Source: the human T2T-CHM13v2.0 reference genome, Homo sapiens
Length of the DNA: 64,000 nt
Assembly: GCF_009914755.1 (NCBI RefSeq)
Contig: NC_060927.1
Direction: 5' to 3' (one strand)
Position numbers and translations under genes: made by a program. Positions 13,564-33,154 of the stretch are shown here, piece by piece (the stretch's first letter is position 1; each line of letters starts with the position of its first letter). The notes beneath the pieces are model-generated. The model saw only the letters and a list, made by a program, of their open reading frames with translations, did no database searches and was not told where the DNA came from.

Positions 13564-14640
13564 GGTGAACTGGGAGCACCTTGTTGTAGAAAGTAAGGAA
13601 CGGCTCAAAAAATAATGGGGGCATGTTAAAATGATACAGGAGTCAACTTCAAGGGGCTCCCAGTGACCAAATTTGAGACAATTTGAGCATCAAAATAAAG
13701 TGATAATAAGGGATCATAACCCACTGAAGAAAATAGGAATCAGTGAGTCCCCACTAACAAGGAAGAAAGAAAAAGTGCTTCCCTAAAGTTGAATGCCAAC
13801 TAATAAATGTAGAAGGAATTACATAGGTAGAAAATCACCATTTGTCAAACAATTGATTCAGCCAAGAATCATCAATGGATGCTAAAACTATGGGGTGAAA
13901 GTTTGATGATTGGGATATCTATATAGTCTCAAAGTGTCTCTTCACAAAATGCTTAACAACTACAAAGATAAAAGTAGAAACTACAATAAAAAACCTGGCA
14001 GACACCATCTTAGGTAATAAAGTTTACATCATCAATAATGGGACAAACTGACATGTGTCTATTTATTGTATTGAGAAGAACATACCTCTTTTGTGGATTC
14101 CTGCCAAAAATGCATGACCTGTGTCTAATCATAGGTAAACATCAGACAAATCTAAATGTCCAGAGGGACACTGTACAAAATAACTGGCTTATTCTCTTTA
14201 AATATGTCAAGGTTATAACAGACAATGAATGACAGCCTGAGGAACTGTTATAGATTAAAGGAGACTAAAGAGCTATGACAATTTAATGCAACATGTGATC
14301 CTGGATTTGGCGTGAACCAGAGGGATTTTTTTTTTTTTTTTTTGGTAAAGGACAGTATTGGGATAATTGGCAACATGCGAATAAGGTCTAAACATTAGAT
14401 CATAATTCTGTATCAATGTTAATTTCCTGGTTTTGATAATTATACTGTGGTTATATTAGAGAATGGCCTTGTTTTTAGGAACTATTTAGGCGTAAAGGAG
14501 TAGTATATCTGCAACTTAACTCTAATGGTTCAGGCAAAAAGTAATGCTGTGTATATATATTGAGAGAGAACATGGAAAATGGAAAATGTCAAGGGTCACG
14601 GAATCTGAGTGAAGCATATATAGGACTTCTTTGTTCTATT
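13564..14640 (+). mobile_element. Old L1 (L1MC/MD-like) 3' UTR
   Basis: AAACCTGGCAGACACCATCTT..GACAATTTAATGCAACATGTGATCCTGGATT..GTATCAATGTTAATTTCCTGGTTTTGATAATT motifs. Confidence 0.65.
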
Positions 14641-14834
14641 ATTTCATAGTAGAAACTACAAAAAAAAGGGAAAGGAATTGTTCCAATATGATAGCTACTG
14701 TCTCAAGGTGCTTTTATCATGGGTAATTTTCTTTACCAGATTTTCTATAATATAGCCTTGTGTATATTTTTTTGAGAAACGCCATATATAATCTTATAGT
14801 TATGCCAGACATGTACCTTAGACAGTGTACTTTA

Positions 14835-15207
<373 letters not shown>

Positions 15208-16168
15208 TTATAGTGTCATGGCTTGGATTTTTTATTATAATTCCAGCGAGGACATTGACATAGATATACCAAAGGGAAAGACCCTGAGAGTGTGACACAG
15301 AGACCAGTGGAGTGATGTTACACAAGGTCTTATTTCCTACATTGTTGGTTCTCACTGCTGGCTTCATGACCCTCCATCATAATCCAAGTTATCTCAAGAA
15401 GTATAACTCTTATCAACCCAATTTTTAAAAAATGTATTCTCAGTGACATTCTTAGAAGGATGGAGCACATATTCAAGCATATAATAGAATATATAACTTC
15501 AGAAAGTTTGGTAGTTACTGCTCAAAGCTATCTTGAGATGAAATATGTAAATATGTCAAGAGAAATTATAAATGAAACTGCCAACAGTGACTACATCTGG
15601 AGGGTGGAACTAGGGGGAATCAGGGACTTTAACTCATGTTTATTTAAAATTATTTTGAATAGAGATTATATTTATCTGATATAAAGTTATTAAGATATAA
15701 AATAGTATACCATGGAAAGTGTCCCTTCTTGCTCTGTCCCCCAGATACTCAGTTTCTCTCCCCAGAGGCAACCGTGATTAACTGTTTCTGGCATAACTCC
15801 CAAGATATTGGATGCAGGTAAAAACAAATGCCTATTTTTTCCTGTTTTTCTACACAAAAGGTAATGCATCATGTCACTTTTAAAACAAAAAAAAAATTAA
15901 GAAAACAACAGTGCTATGTAAGTCTAAAGAGAAAGATTAAGACAATGAGATGTAGATAAAGAGAAAGGTAGAGTTTTTATTTGCTGGTCTAATCAGGCAT
16001 TCTAAAGAATGTACATAAAAGGAACCAGAGTTAAGAACTCTGTTCTGTATCTTGAATTAACTTGTATATTTCAAAGAATTTGGGACTATAGAACATGTTT
16101 AGGGGATTAATATAGTCTGAACTTAGTGTAGTAGTTACTTCTGGTATAAAATATCTCAATTTCTTTTT

Positions 16169-16254
16169 CACCTTAAGTAGACTTAAGGTGTCACCTTAAG
16201 TAGACTTAAGGTGACACCTTAAGTAGACACAAGGTGACACCTTAAGTAGACACA
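16169..16254. repeat. 23-bp tandem repeat (3.7 copies) with a palindromic unit
   Basis: CACCTTAAGTAGACTTAAGGTG starts at 16169 and 16192; variant CACCTTAAGTAGACACAAGGTG at 16215; partial copy at 16238. Confidence 0.95.
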
Positions 16255-16359
16255 TATTAAGCAAATATGTATTGTTTGCTTGACATTTTACATAAAATAA
16301 ATTTAATATATGAATTAAATTCTAATTGTGGATTTTTAGGATGTGTCATATTAATTAAA

Positions 16360-16642
16360 ACAGTGAATAATATGGTACATACATACAATGGAATATTATT
16401 TGGCCTCAGAAAGAAACATTTTGACACATGCTACAATATAGATGAAGCTTGAAGACATTATGCTAAGTGAAATAAGCCAGTCACAAAAGGACAAATATTG
16501 TATTATTCCATTTATATAGTTTCTAGAGTAGTCAAATTCGTAGAAACTAGGATGGTAGTTGTTAGGGTCAGGGAGAAGAGGGGATGGAAAGGTACTGTTT
16601 GATTGGTACAGAGTTTCAGTTTGAGAAGATGAATAAAAGAAA
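16360..16642 (+). mobile_element. L1MB-type 3' fragment
   Basis: CATACAATGGAATATTATTTGGCC..GACATTATGCTAAGTGAAATAAGCCAGTCACAAAAGGACAAATATTG..GTACAGAGTTTCAGTTTG. Confidence 0.8.
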
Positions 16643-16653
16643 AAAATGACATC

Positions 16654-22479
<5,826 letters not shown>

Positions 22480-22729
22480 TTAAACTCATTCAGCACCTTA
22501 CAACTTTCATGCTTTGCACACTCACTGTGTCATTCAACAAATCCTGTCAAACTTACTAGGTGCTATTGAACCTCCACTCATGTACACTTACTGTGTAATC
22601 CAGCAGTCACTTTTTGCATATTTGTTCTCTCATCTAACTTTAACTTCTGTGACACCAAATTTTGTGTACTTGACAATCACTCTTTGTACACTCATTCTCC
22701 ACCATCTAGATGACATTCCTTTCACATTT

Positions 22730-23430
22730 ACTTGAACTTGGCCTTGATTTTTATATGACATTGGTGTTGATCTTCCTTTTGATGCTGACTTTAAATTTTA
22801 CCTTGACCTTGACTTGATCTCAACTCAAACAAAATCCTGTTTCCCACCTTATGTCTAGGCCATGTCTAGCACAAATTTGGAACTTGATCTTTAACTTGAC
22901 ACTAATCTTGACCTTGAGCTTTGCTGTAGTTCTAACACTCATCCTATTTTTGAACAATAACCAGATCATATACAGCACTAATTGCAAAGTTGAATATAAT
23001 CTTGACTTGACTTTGGCACTGATTTTGATCTTTTATTGACCGGTTAAGACTTTCTTCCTATCCTTTTATTATTACCATCTACCAGATGTAGCCTTATGTG
23101 CACACTTGAAGTTGACCGGTACCTTAAATTTCTCCTTGATTTTGATGAAAACCTTTGGACCACTTCACATGCACAGCAAGTGTAGCTCTGATTTGAACTT
23201 GAACTTGATTTAGACCTTGGCCTTTGAACTTAACCTTCATATCGCTCCTGACTGAAATTCAAGCTTGAAATTTCCTAGAACTTACCTTAACCTTTAACTT
23301 GACCTAGACCTTGAAACTGTGCTTGAATTTTACTTCCATTTTCACCTGGACACTAATTCAGATCTACTTCTCATTTAACATCCCTGTCACTTTAAGGCCC
23401 ATATTCTCATGACTTTGAACTTGAACTCTG
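22730..23430. repeat. Highly degenerate hexamer array, consensus about TTGAYY
   Basis: For example ttggtg ttgatc ttcctt ttgatg ctgact ttaaat tttacc ttgacc ttgact (22761-22814) and ttgaac ttgaac ttgatt tagacc ttggcc (23193-23222). Confidence 0.7.
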
Positions 23431-23439
23431 GCTGCAGCT

Positions 23440-23959
23440 CAGAAGATACAAAAGGGATGAGTAATGTAAAAATCTGGATCAATATTCTAATTCTGGGTAA
23501 TTATCCTGCAAATCGTGCCAGATCATCATCTGGATAAACAGGGTGCCCATAACCCAGAGGTCTCCTTTTTGGGGAAAGAGACAAAAGGAGCTAACTAGAG
23601 TCATACCCCATGCACCCAAATCTTAGCCACCTATATATACTACAACTGTAGCCACCAGTTATCTGGGTGTGTTGGCAGCCTCGGGATTTTTTAGCTGTCC
23701 CTATCCCCTTGTTTCATTTTGATCCATGTCTTCTAATAACCTGGTTTGTCTCTTCTCACCTTCAGGCCATCAAAGTCCAAATGGTCATTCAAAGGGAGTC
23801 TCGGACAACGGCTCCATTTAACTGGGGACCCTAGATAGGCCTCTGAGAGAATCTCTGACTGCAACTTTTCCCAAAACAATGCCCTTTGTCAACATGAAGC
23901 AGTTAAGAACAGTCATTGTTCCTATCCTAATGGCAGATGTACCTCTTCAGAGGGGGGAT
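23440..23959 (+). mobile_element. ERV1 (MER52/MER4-group) internal 3' fragment with polypurine tract
   Basis: TTCAGGCCATCAAAGTCCAAATGGTC..CATGAAGCAGTTAAGA; PPT AGAGGGGGGAT directly abuts the LTR. Confidence 0.65.
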
Positions 23960-25473
23960 TGATGGCAGAGGCGGCCCATCTGGAGCAGCAGATGTGAACA
24001 TGCCAGCTGCAGTGGGGGAGACACAGCTGGGTTTGCATACTCCACGGGGCCGGCAGGAGCCAGGAACAGGCGAGGGCCCCGTGCCCTACTTAATTGGTGG
24101 GGCAAGAGCCCTGCGCTCCTGGGCACAGCTGCAGCCACCCAGCCGTGGCTCTGGACCCAGGCATCCCTGTGCTCTCAGGGCCCCAGAAGCCCCCCTGCCC
24201 CTGCAGGCTCAGAAGTGCCTGCTCCCACTCCCTGGCCTCTCCCTACTCCTGGCACCCACTATAATTTCAGAGCAAAGTGGAAGCCAAGCCCAGATGATAC
24301 TGTCATAACCCAGCCGAATTTGTGTGCACTCAGGGTGGCATTGACATGCCAGCCCCACCACTGCCTCACCCCTCTCTGGGCTTTGGGTGCCAACTTTGGG
24401 TCCCCTCCTTTGGGAGGGAGGCTGGGAGGTGGTTAGGGGCAGCTTGGCACAGGCCTGCAGGTGCCCTTTGACACAAACAGCCTGGGCACCATACCATGGA
24501 CAGCAGGTCGGTAGCAGGAGGCAGACAGGTTCCTGGGCAGAAAGGGGTGGGGTCTTGTTGAAACCCCCACTTCGATCCAGGAATGGCCTGAAGCCTGGGG
24601 ACCGGGCTGCCAGTTCAGGGTGGAGTTGGCAGCCCGGAGTGAGAACTTATGGTGCTTTTTCCAGGCCCACCCATGGCCATTCATGGACCAATCAGCATGC
24701 ACTTCCTCCCTTCTGTGCCCATTAAAAACCCTGGACTCAGGCAGACTCACACTTGTTGGGACGACCTGCCTGTGGAAAACAGCTACCCACTCCGGGTCTC
24801 CTGAGAGCTGTTTTGTCACTTGGTGAAGCTCCCCTCTGTCTTGCTCACCCTCCAGTTGTCTGCATACCTCATTCCTCCTGGAGGCAGGACAAAAACTCGG
24901 GACACGCTGAATGGCAAGACTCAAACAGCTGTAATACAGGGCTGAAACATGCCCCCCACTTGCCATGTGGCAGGCGATGAGAAGGAGAGAAGAGCTGTAG
25001 CCCTTCTGGGAGCCCAGACCTTAGAGCTCCCCAGGCCAGAGCTGTGACACCCTCTTTGGGGCTCTGCGGTACCTGGTGTCTCCAAGCTTCTGGGCACCAC
25101 CATGTTCCCCTTGTCCAGATGTGGGTAACTGCAGTGGAAGCTGCTTGTGGTACATCTGATCCAGTTGCAGCCTTGCATGGAGCCGGCGCCTGTGCCAGTG
25201 CCTGGAGCTGCCTGCCCTGCCACAGCAGCTGGGGTGCCTGGCTGTGTGCAGTGGTTGGACCTCATGCTCACTCGCTCACATACCCCTCATTACTCCATGC
25301 CTGGCTCACCCTTGGCAGGTGTGGGATCCCAGGCTGGTAGCGTGAGCTGAGCGCAGCCTGCCAGGCCGAGTGGACAGAACAAGCCCAGTGGGCCTGAGCA
25401 AAACTCAGGCAAAGGCACCACTGGCCACAGAGGTTTCTGGCTGGAAAAGCAACACCTCTAGGATCTTGTAACA
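23960..25473 (+). mobile_element. MER52-type ERV1 LTR (about 1.5 kb)
   Basis: Starts TGATGGCAGAGGCGGCCCATCTGGAGC, ends GGATCTTGTAACA; GC-rich; CCAAT at 24688 followed by ATTAAAA at 24721. Confidence 0.8.
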
Positions 25474-26486
25474 CGGTGTTGGTCAAACCTCTTTGGCACA
25501 CACATCGCTTGGGTCTGAGCCCAAATGTCTGTTCAAATCAGTCCACCACTCACTAGCCATAGGGCTTTGGTAACGTTAAGAAGCCTCACAATGCTTCAGT
25601 CATCTACAAATGGGAGTGGTATGTACTGCATCACTTAATGTGAGGTTATCAGAGTTTACACGTCAAATGTTTAGGATACAACCAGACACACAGAAGATGC
25701 TTGATAGATCTTAGCTCTCATTACATGCTTCAGTAGCATCACATGCTTGTCTTTTGCAAGACTTATCAGAGCTGGACTTTCAATACTTGTGTGATGTTGA
25801 CTATCTCTCCTAGTAGGGACTTGAACCAGGGATGATGAGTGATTTGCCCACAAGTGTGTCCCCAGTATCTAGCCTGGAGCTTGGCATATAGTTGTGCTGA
25901 ATATTCTCCAGTTGCCTCTCCAGATCTATCCCCAGCCTCCCCTGGCTCTGTGCCCCAGGAGGCTGAAACCTCTGTGGATCGTCAAGCGGCTCCCCAGTCA
26001 TTGAACTTCTGGTTGGGTTTGGCCAATGGGAGACACTGGCAGGAGATAATAGGGTGGACAGAGAATGAGATTGGGATATTTATTTCCCTGGCTTTCTCTG
26101 CCAGGCCACAAGCTGATGTAGCTGTGTCTCTTTCTTAGAGATCCCCATGCATCTCAGGAAACCACAATCCCAACTATTCTCCAGGACAGGTGAATGTCTG
26201 GTAGTGCCTGGCCCCAGGATGCTTCACCCCTTCTTCTGGTCCCCATGCACCTATAAACTGTGCCTTCCTTAAAGTCTGCTCAATTATTCCAGTTAATGTA
26301 CCATGTCTTTCCTTCTAGAACATTAAAACAAGAGGTTCTATATCAACATTTGTTGAATACATGAATAGATGTCTGTTTTACCACATGAAGATAATAATCT
26401 TCAAGTCCAAGCATGGCTACAGTTGTCCTGATGAGTTAATAAGAGACAGGAAATGATCATACATTTTTTAAAGATGATGTTCTCGA

Positions 26487-26682
26487 GTAGTAGTTCTCAA
26501 ACGTGGGTGTGTATGAGAAACCTGGAGGGCTTGTGGAACCCATATAGCTGGCTCTACTCCCAAGAAATGCTGATTTGGCTAGTCAGGCCAGGGGGTGAGG
26601 GATAATAATTTGCACTTCTAACAAGTTTCCTGGTGACACTGACGTTTCTAGGCTGAAGGCCACTTTGAGAAACACTGCACTA
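26487..26682. mobile_element. MER5A relic
   Basis: AGTAGTTCTCAAAC..TTTGCACTTCTAACAAGTTTCCTGGTGACACTGA..CACTTTGAGAAACACTGCACTAG. Confidence 0.7.
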
Positions 26683-26780
26683 GAGAAATGCCAGATGCTT
26701 TTGTTATTTATAGACCCCAAGCCTCAGGGTTGCATTAACTATCTTTAAAGACATAAAGGGTCAAGTACAATATAATCTGT

Positions 26781-26786
26781 TTTATT
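26781..26786 (-). terminator. SLC41A3 polyadenylation signal AATAAA
   Basis: TTTATT on the + strand, downstream of both alternative stop codons. Confidence 0.6.
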
Positions 26787-26810
26787 TTACACTTCTCTGA
26801 TTATTGAAAT

Positions 26811-26968
26811 CTAAATAGAGGTTTTTGCTAACAAACAAAAAGGAAAATAAAAAGACAGCAAGGACACGATTAAATGTTGAGTGCAGATGAAGGGTTGTAT
26901 GAGGCCCCATCCTGGGGAGGCTGTACACCTTCTTGGCACAGCAGCAGTGTGGCCCACGGAGCTTGAAC
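26811..26968 (-). CDS. SLC41A3: SLC41A3 alternative terminal coding segment (G-SSSVGHTAAVPRRCTASPGWGLIQPFICTQHLIVSLLSFYFPFCLLAKTSI*)
   Basis: Acceptor cttacttgctgtcttcaccag ends at 26969; in phase with internal donor CTCG|gtactg at 27518/27517; matches my recall of the long SLC41A3 isoform C-terminus. Confidence 0.8.
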
Positions 26969-27419
26969 CTGGTGAAGACAGCAAGTAAGCCACAGCTCAA
27001 GAGTTCTGAGGCTTGGGAACAGAAAAGAGCTCCTTCCTGCTCCACCCCAATCTGGGTTGCATGGGCATGGAAAAGAGCAAACACACCCTGCAAAGCATAC
27101 TGGACATGCCTCTTCTTTACCTTCTCAGGCCAGAACACCCTCCTCTCCACAAACGTGTGCACACTTGCACGCTCATTAAGCATGTGCACACATCATATTC
27201 ACACACTCAAGCCATGCTCTTGATTTCAGGGCTCTATTGCAGGCTCAGGTATCAACCCCAGAGCCGAGGTGTGTGAGAGCTACCTTAGCAGACTCACAAA
27301 AGGCTACTGCAGAGGCAGGGGTCAACCATCCCAAGGACCTGGCAAGGGAGAAACTGAATTCTGTATCCCACTGATGTGAGAGGAAATTCTAATGAGCAAA
27401 TGGGACCAGCGGGGCCCAG

Positions 27420-27629
27420 TTAGGGAGGTCCAGATGCCAGTTCTGAGATGCCACCCAGCTCTGCCTTGCTCTTCAGTAGCCAGTCAGTGAAAAAGCAGAG
27501 TGCCAGGAGGCCAGTACCGAGCAGGTCCCCCAGCCCTGTAAGGTAGGGGATGCAGTGGTTGTCAGGATCCAGGGCCTGGTGCCAAGTCAGCCGAACCATC
27601 ACTTCTGCCAGGTACAGCAGGATTGTCAC
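27420..27629 (-). CDS. SLC41A3: SLC41A3 last coding exon ([69 protein letters not shown])
   Basis: Acceptor ctgacag at 27630; second MgtE-domain motif [12 protein letters not shown]; TAA at 27420-27422. Confidence 0.96.
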
Positions 27630-28569
27630 CTGTCAGAAGGGCAAAGAGACACAAAAGAAGACCAAGTCAGAAAGTCAAGTACAGGCAGGAAGCACTAGCT
27701 GAGGCTCAAGGAGAGATACCAAGGTGGACAGGTCAACCCCAGCCAGCCTCCTTCATCCAGCTTCTCTTGGGGTCTGAAGCCCAGCTCCGAGCTCAAGCAG
27801 TGGCTAGAGAGGTGACCCTCATCTGTACTTACCTAGCCTCCCTCTAGTGGGCCCAGCTTCTGGCACCCTGAAGGGCCAATCAGACCCACTGCCACTCACC
27901 AGCTGGGGCTCTCTCTGCTGCGATAGGCTCTACTCATGGGACTTTGCCGAGATGTCCATTTGGGTTTGCCTGAGCCCTTCTCCCCTGGAGGTTAGGACAG
28001 TCAGCCCTTCCTGAAGGTGCCATGGGGTAGTCCACACAAGCCTGCTCAGGTCTCATGGCTCCTCAATCCCTTGTCCAGGCTAACCCCAGCTCCTTCCTTC
28101 TCCCCAACTGGAGTCATAAGCTGCTGCTGCTCAGGACAACTTCTGGGATTTCCCTAATCCTACCCTTTAGGGTCAGGAACATACCACAATTACAAATGCC
28201 ATAAACTCTGGGAGATGAGAAAGTGCCAGTACCAGCACCACACCCATAGAATTGCCCTCCAGCGCCCACGGTGCTCCCTGCAAAGGCCCCAGACCCACTG
28301 GGGACCATCAGCCCGCTGCAGTCTAGGCAGTGTGCTGAATACCTGCCCAACACAGGCACCAGCTTAATCTCCTTCACCATGCTTACTGCTGTCCAGCCCT
28401 GATCAATGTCTACGCATGCCTTGCAGCAGCAGACCCTGCAGGGGTCTGGCACTGCCCACCCACCGTTGGGGAGGCAGTGGATAGCTGGACCACTCCTCAG
28501 CCTGTTCCGTGGGAACATGCTTCATCCTCAGGGCTGCTCCTCTTATCCTGTGATGATGAATGTGCTGCG

Positions 28570-28970
28570 CGCAGTGTGTGGCATGTTGTGTGCCGTGTCT
28601 AGCATGCAGTACATAATGTGACGAGTGATGTGCAAGATGACATGTGTAGTATGCAGTGCAGTACGTAGCGTAAGCTGTATAGCATGTAGCATGCAGCACA
28701 CACTCTGTAGCATGCATGTGGCATGCACTGTGACATGCAGTGTGTAGTGTGTGTGGTGTGCACTGTGTGGTGTGGAGTGTGTGGTGTGAAGTGTGTGGTG
28801 TGGAGTGTGTGGGTTGCACTGTGTTGTGGAGTGTGTGGTGTGAAGTGTGTGGTGTGGAGTGTGTGGGGTACAGTGTGTGGTGTGGAGTTTGTGGTGTGGT
28901 GTGGAGTGTGTGGGATGCGCTGTGTGGTGTGGAGTGTGTGGCATGTAGCATGTGGTGTGCAGTGTGGAAT
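28570..28970. repeat. GT-rich low-complexity / minisatellite tract (GTGTGTGGTGTGGA-like units)
   Basis: Repeated GTGTGGTGTGGAGTGTGTGGTGTGAAGTGTGTGGTGTGGAGTGTGTGGG; source of the His/Thr and Cys/Val ORFs. Confidence 0.92.
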
Positions 28971-29135
28971 GGCCTCTGTATTTGACAAGTTGACTCAACT
29001 CCTGGAAGATAAGGACTGTGCCCCACACGTCCAGCCACCCCCACCCGCCTCCCTCAGCCTCTCACTCAGACAAGAGATCAAGCCTGCTGGCTGACTACAC
29101 AGCTGCGCACCTCTAATTGCTGCAGCCAGGCTTAC

Positions 29136-29284
29136 CTGGATCAGGCCTGCCAGCAGGTAGAGCACCACAAAGGTCTGGCTGTTTATGACTGACTGACCCT
29201 CCACCAGGTAGATGATGTAGAAGAAAATCAGATGGCCTGGGACCACCAGCAAGAGCAGGACTCGAGCTGACATGGAATTGATTT
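29136..29284 (-). CDS. SLC41A3: SLC41A3 coding exon (E-INSMSARVLLLLVVPGHLIFFYIIYLVEGQSVINSQTFVVLYLLAGLIQ)
   Basis: 149 nt; tttcag acceptor, gtaagc donor; phases match neighbours. Confidence 0.95.
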
Positions 29285-30329
29285 CTGAAAGAAACAGAAC
29301 CAAGAAGGTCATGTGACCTGAAGCGAGGCCACTTTGGCATGTGACAGTCCTCAGTGAGGCATCCACACTCACTCATCCATTTATTCCCAAGTGTTCACTG
29401 GACACCTACTCTGTGGCAAGCATATTCTGGCAGATGGGGATACAGTCTTTCCCCTTCCCTCGTGGAGCTGATATTTTAGAGAAGAGAAACAAGAATCAAG
29501 TAAGCAGAAATAAAAAGAAGCAAGAAAGGCTATTTCAAACTGTGACAAGTACTTTAAAGAAAATAAAGGTAAAAAGAAGGGCAAAAAGCAGGAAGTGTTT
29601 ATCAGTGGGGATGAGCTCCTGCAGATGACATTTCAGCTGGGATTTGAATTTGGGGGAGAGGAGTTTGAGCAGAGAAAAGAGAACATACAAGGGGCTTAAG
29701 GAGGAAAAGAGCTTTGGGTATGGTGCTTCACTCAGTGCAGCGCTGGTGATCTGGGGAGGGCAGTCGGCTCAAAAGGGGACCTCGGGCAGCCCCTTCTTCA
29801 TAGCAGCCTCTGTGGCCCTGTCAGCATACCTGCAATGTGCCAGTGAGCCCTGGGTTTCCTTTAGATTCCCATGCTCTGAGTTTGAGACTTTACAATAAGT
29901 GTGATTGACCCTGGCCCTACCACAAATACTTTTTAAAATTCTAACATGAATATGATTGATTTCTCAAAATGGAAATAGACTTCTAATGAAAAGTAGGTCT
30001 CCATTTGCCTCTGAGTTAATATATGTATTTCACCAAAATAATAAAAGGAGAAAAAAGGTCACATGTAGCTCAAAGCTAGTGCAGAAGAGCAACGACATCT
30101 ATTCATGATGAGAAATCAGACATGGAATAAAAGTATTATTTTAAAAAATGTCAAAAAGAAGCAGCAAAATGATTGGAAGAAGCTACTATTGGAAGTTGGT
30201 GTGAGAACTCAAGAAAATCTATAGGAAAACCATGTAAACAATAAGAATTCAATAAAATGTTTAGGTGCACAACACAGAAAATAACAGCTTTTCTATATAC
30301 AAATAACAAGTTAGAAAATATAACACGGA

Positions 30330-32330
<2,001 letters not shown>

Positions 32331-33019
32331 TTTCAAAGCCAACAAAAAGACACAACATCTCCAAAAGCTTCCAGTGGTTCTGAGTAGAATCCAGGTTCCT
32401 TCCTCAACTCCAAGGCTCTGTCGGATCACCTCCTTCCGGCCTCTCTGGCCTCAGCCTCCTTCATCCCCTCCTGTCCATTCAGCTCAGGCCACATTGGCCT
32501 TTCAGTTCTTCAGACTTGCCACACTCCTTCCTGCCTCTGGGCCTTTGCTAGACTGCACCCACTGCCCTGAAAGCCCCTTCTTCTCTTGCCCTCCTCCTCC
32601 CAACAACACCCACTTGTCCTCAGGGAGGAGCTTCCTTATCCCAAGTGTATTTCTTCTAATTCTTTTTCACTGCACTCTGCACTTTTGCTGCTCGGTACCC
32701 AACATAATTTTTAATTACGAGCTCACTTGTGTTTATCTGCCCTTCTATACTGTGTACTTCAAGGGCAAGAAATCAGCTCTCCCTGTTTCACCACTAACCT
32801 AACACCTAGTGCCCAGTGGACATTCAATAAATAATTGAATGAAGGAATGAAGGAAAGGCAGGGCCGGGGAGTCTCATTTCTGGGGCCCTGAAGGTGATGT
32901 GTGCCGAGATCAGCCCTGGCTTCAGGCATCCATTGCTACAAACACCAGATTCCAATGACACCGATGTTTTCTTGTTTAAAGAAATGGCTATCATGGCCTC
33001 TGAAAGACATGACACCCAC

Positions 33020-33154
33020 CTGACGTGCAGAAAGTAGAACACGGGTTGGGCCAGAATTTCTTCATCTGGAGGGGCAGGACGCCAGGTGCACTCCACATGT
33101 GCAGGTAGGTTGAGATTCGGCTGGTCTGAATGGCCACCAGATTGCCACCAACAC
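33020..33154 (-). CDS. SLC41A3: SLC41A3 coding exon (G-VGGNLVAIQTSRISTYLHMWSAPGVLPLQMKKFWPNPCSTFCTS-E)
   Basis: 135 nt; ttttctcctcgtag acceptor, gtgggt donor; MgtE GGN motif. Not in the ORF track in this frame. Confidence 0.95.

Noticed and set aside
16169-16254. CRISPR-like palindromic repeat
   Set aside because: No unique spacers, no cas genes, primate context; kept only as a tandem palindrome.
23937-25501. Cluster of overlapping 60-177 aa ORFs
   Set aside because: All lie within a GC-rich MER52 LTR where stop codons are rare.
26782-27189. 135-aa minus-strand ORF in the SLC41A3 3' UTR
   Set aside because: Different frame from the supported alternative terminus; no recognisable protein.
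28403-29094. Long His/Thr/Pro-rich and Cys/Val-rich ORFs (up to 213 aa)
   Set aside because: Products of the GT/CA repeat; open in several frames on both strands, with no splice or domain support.
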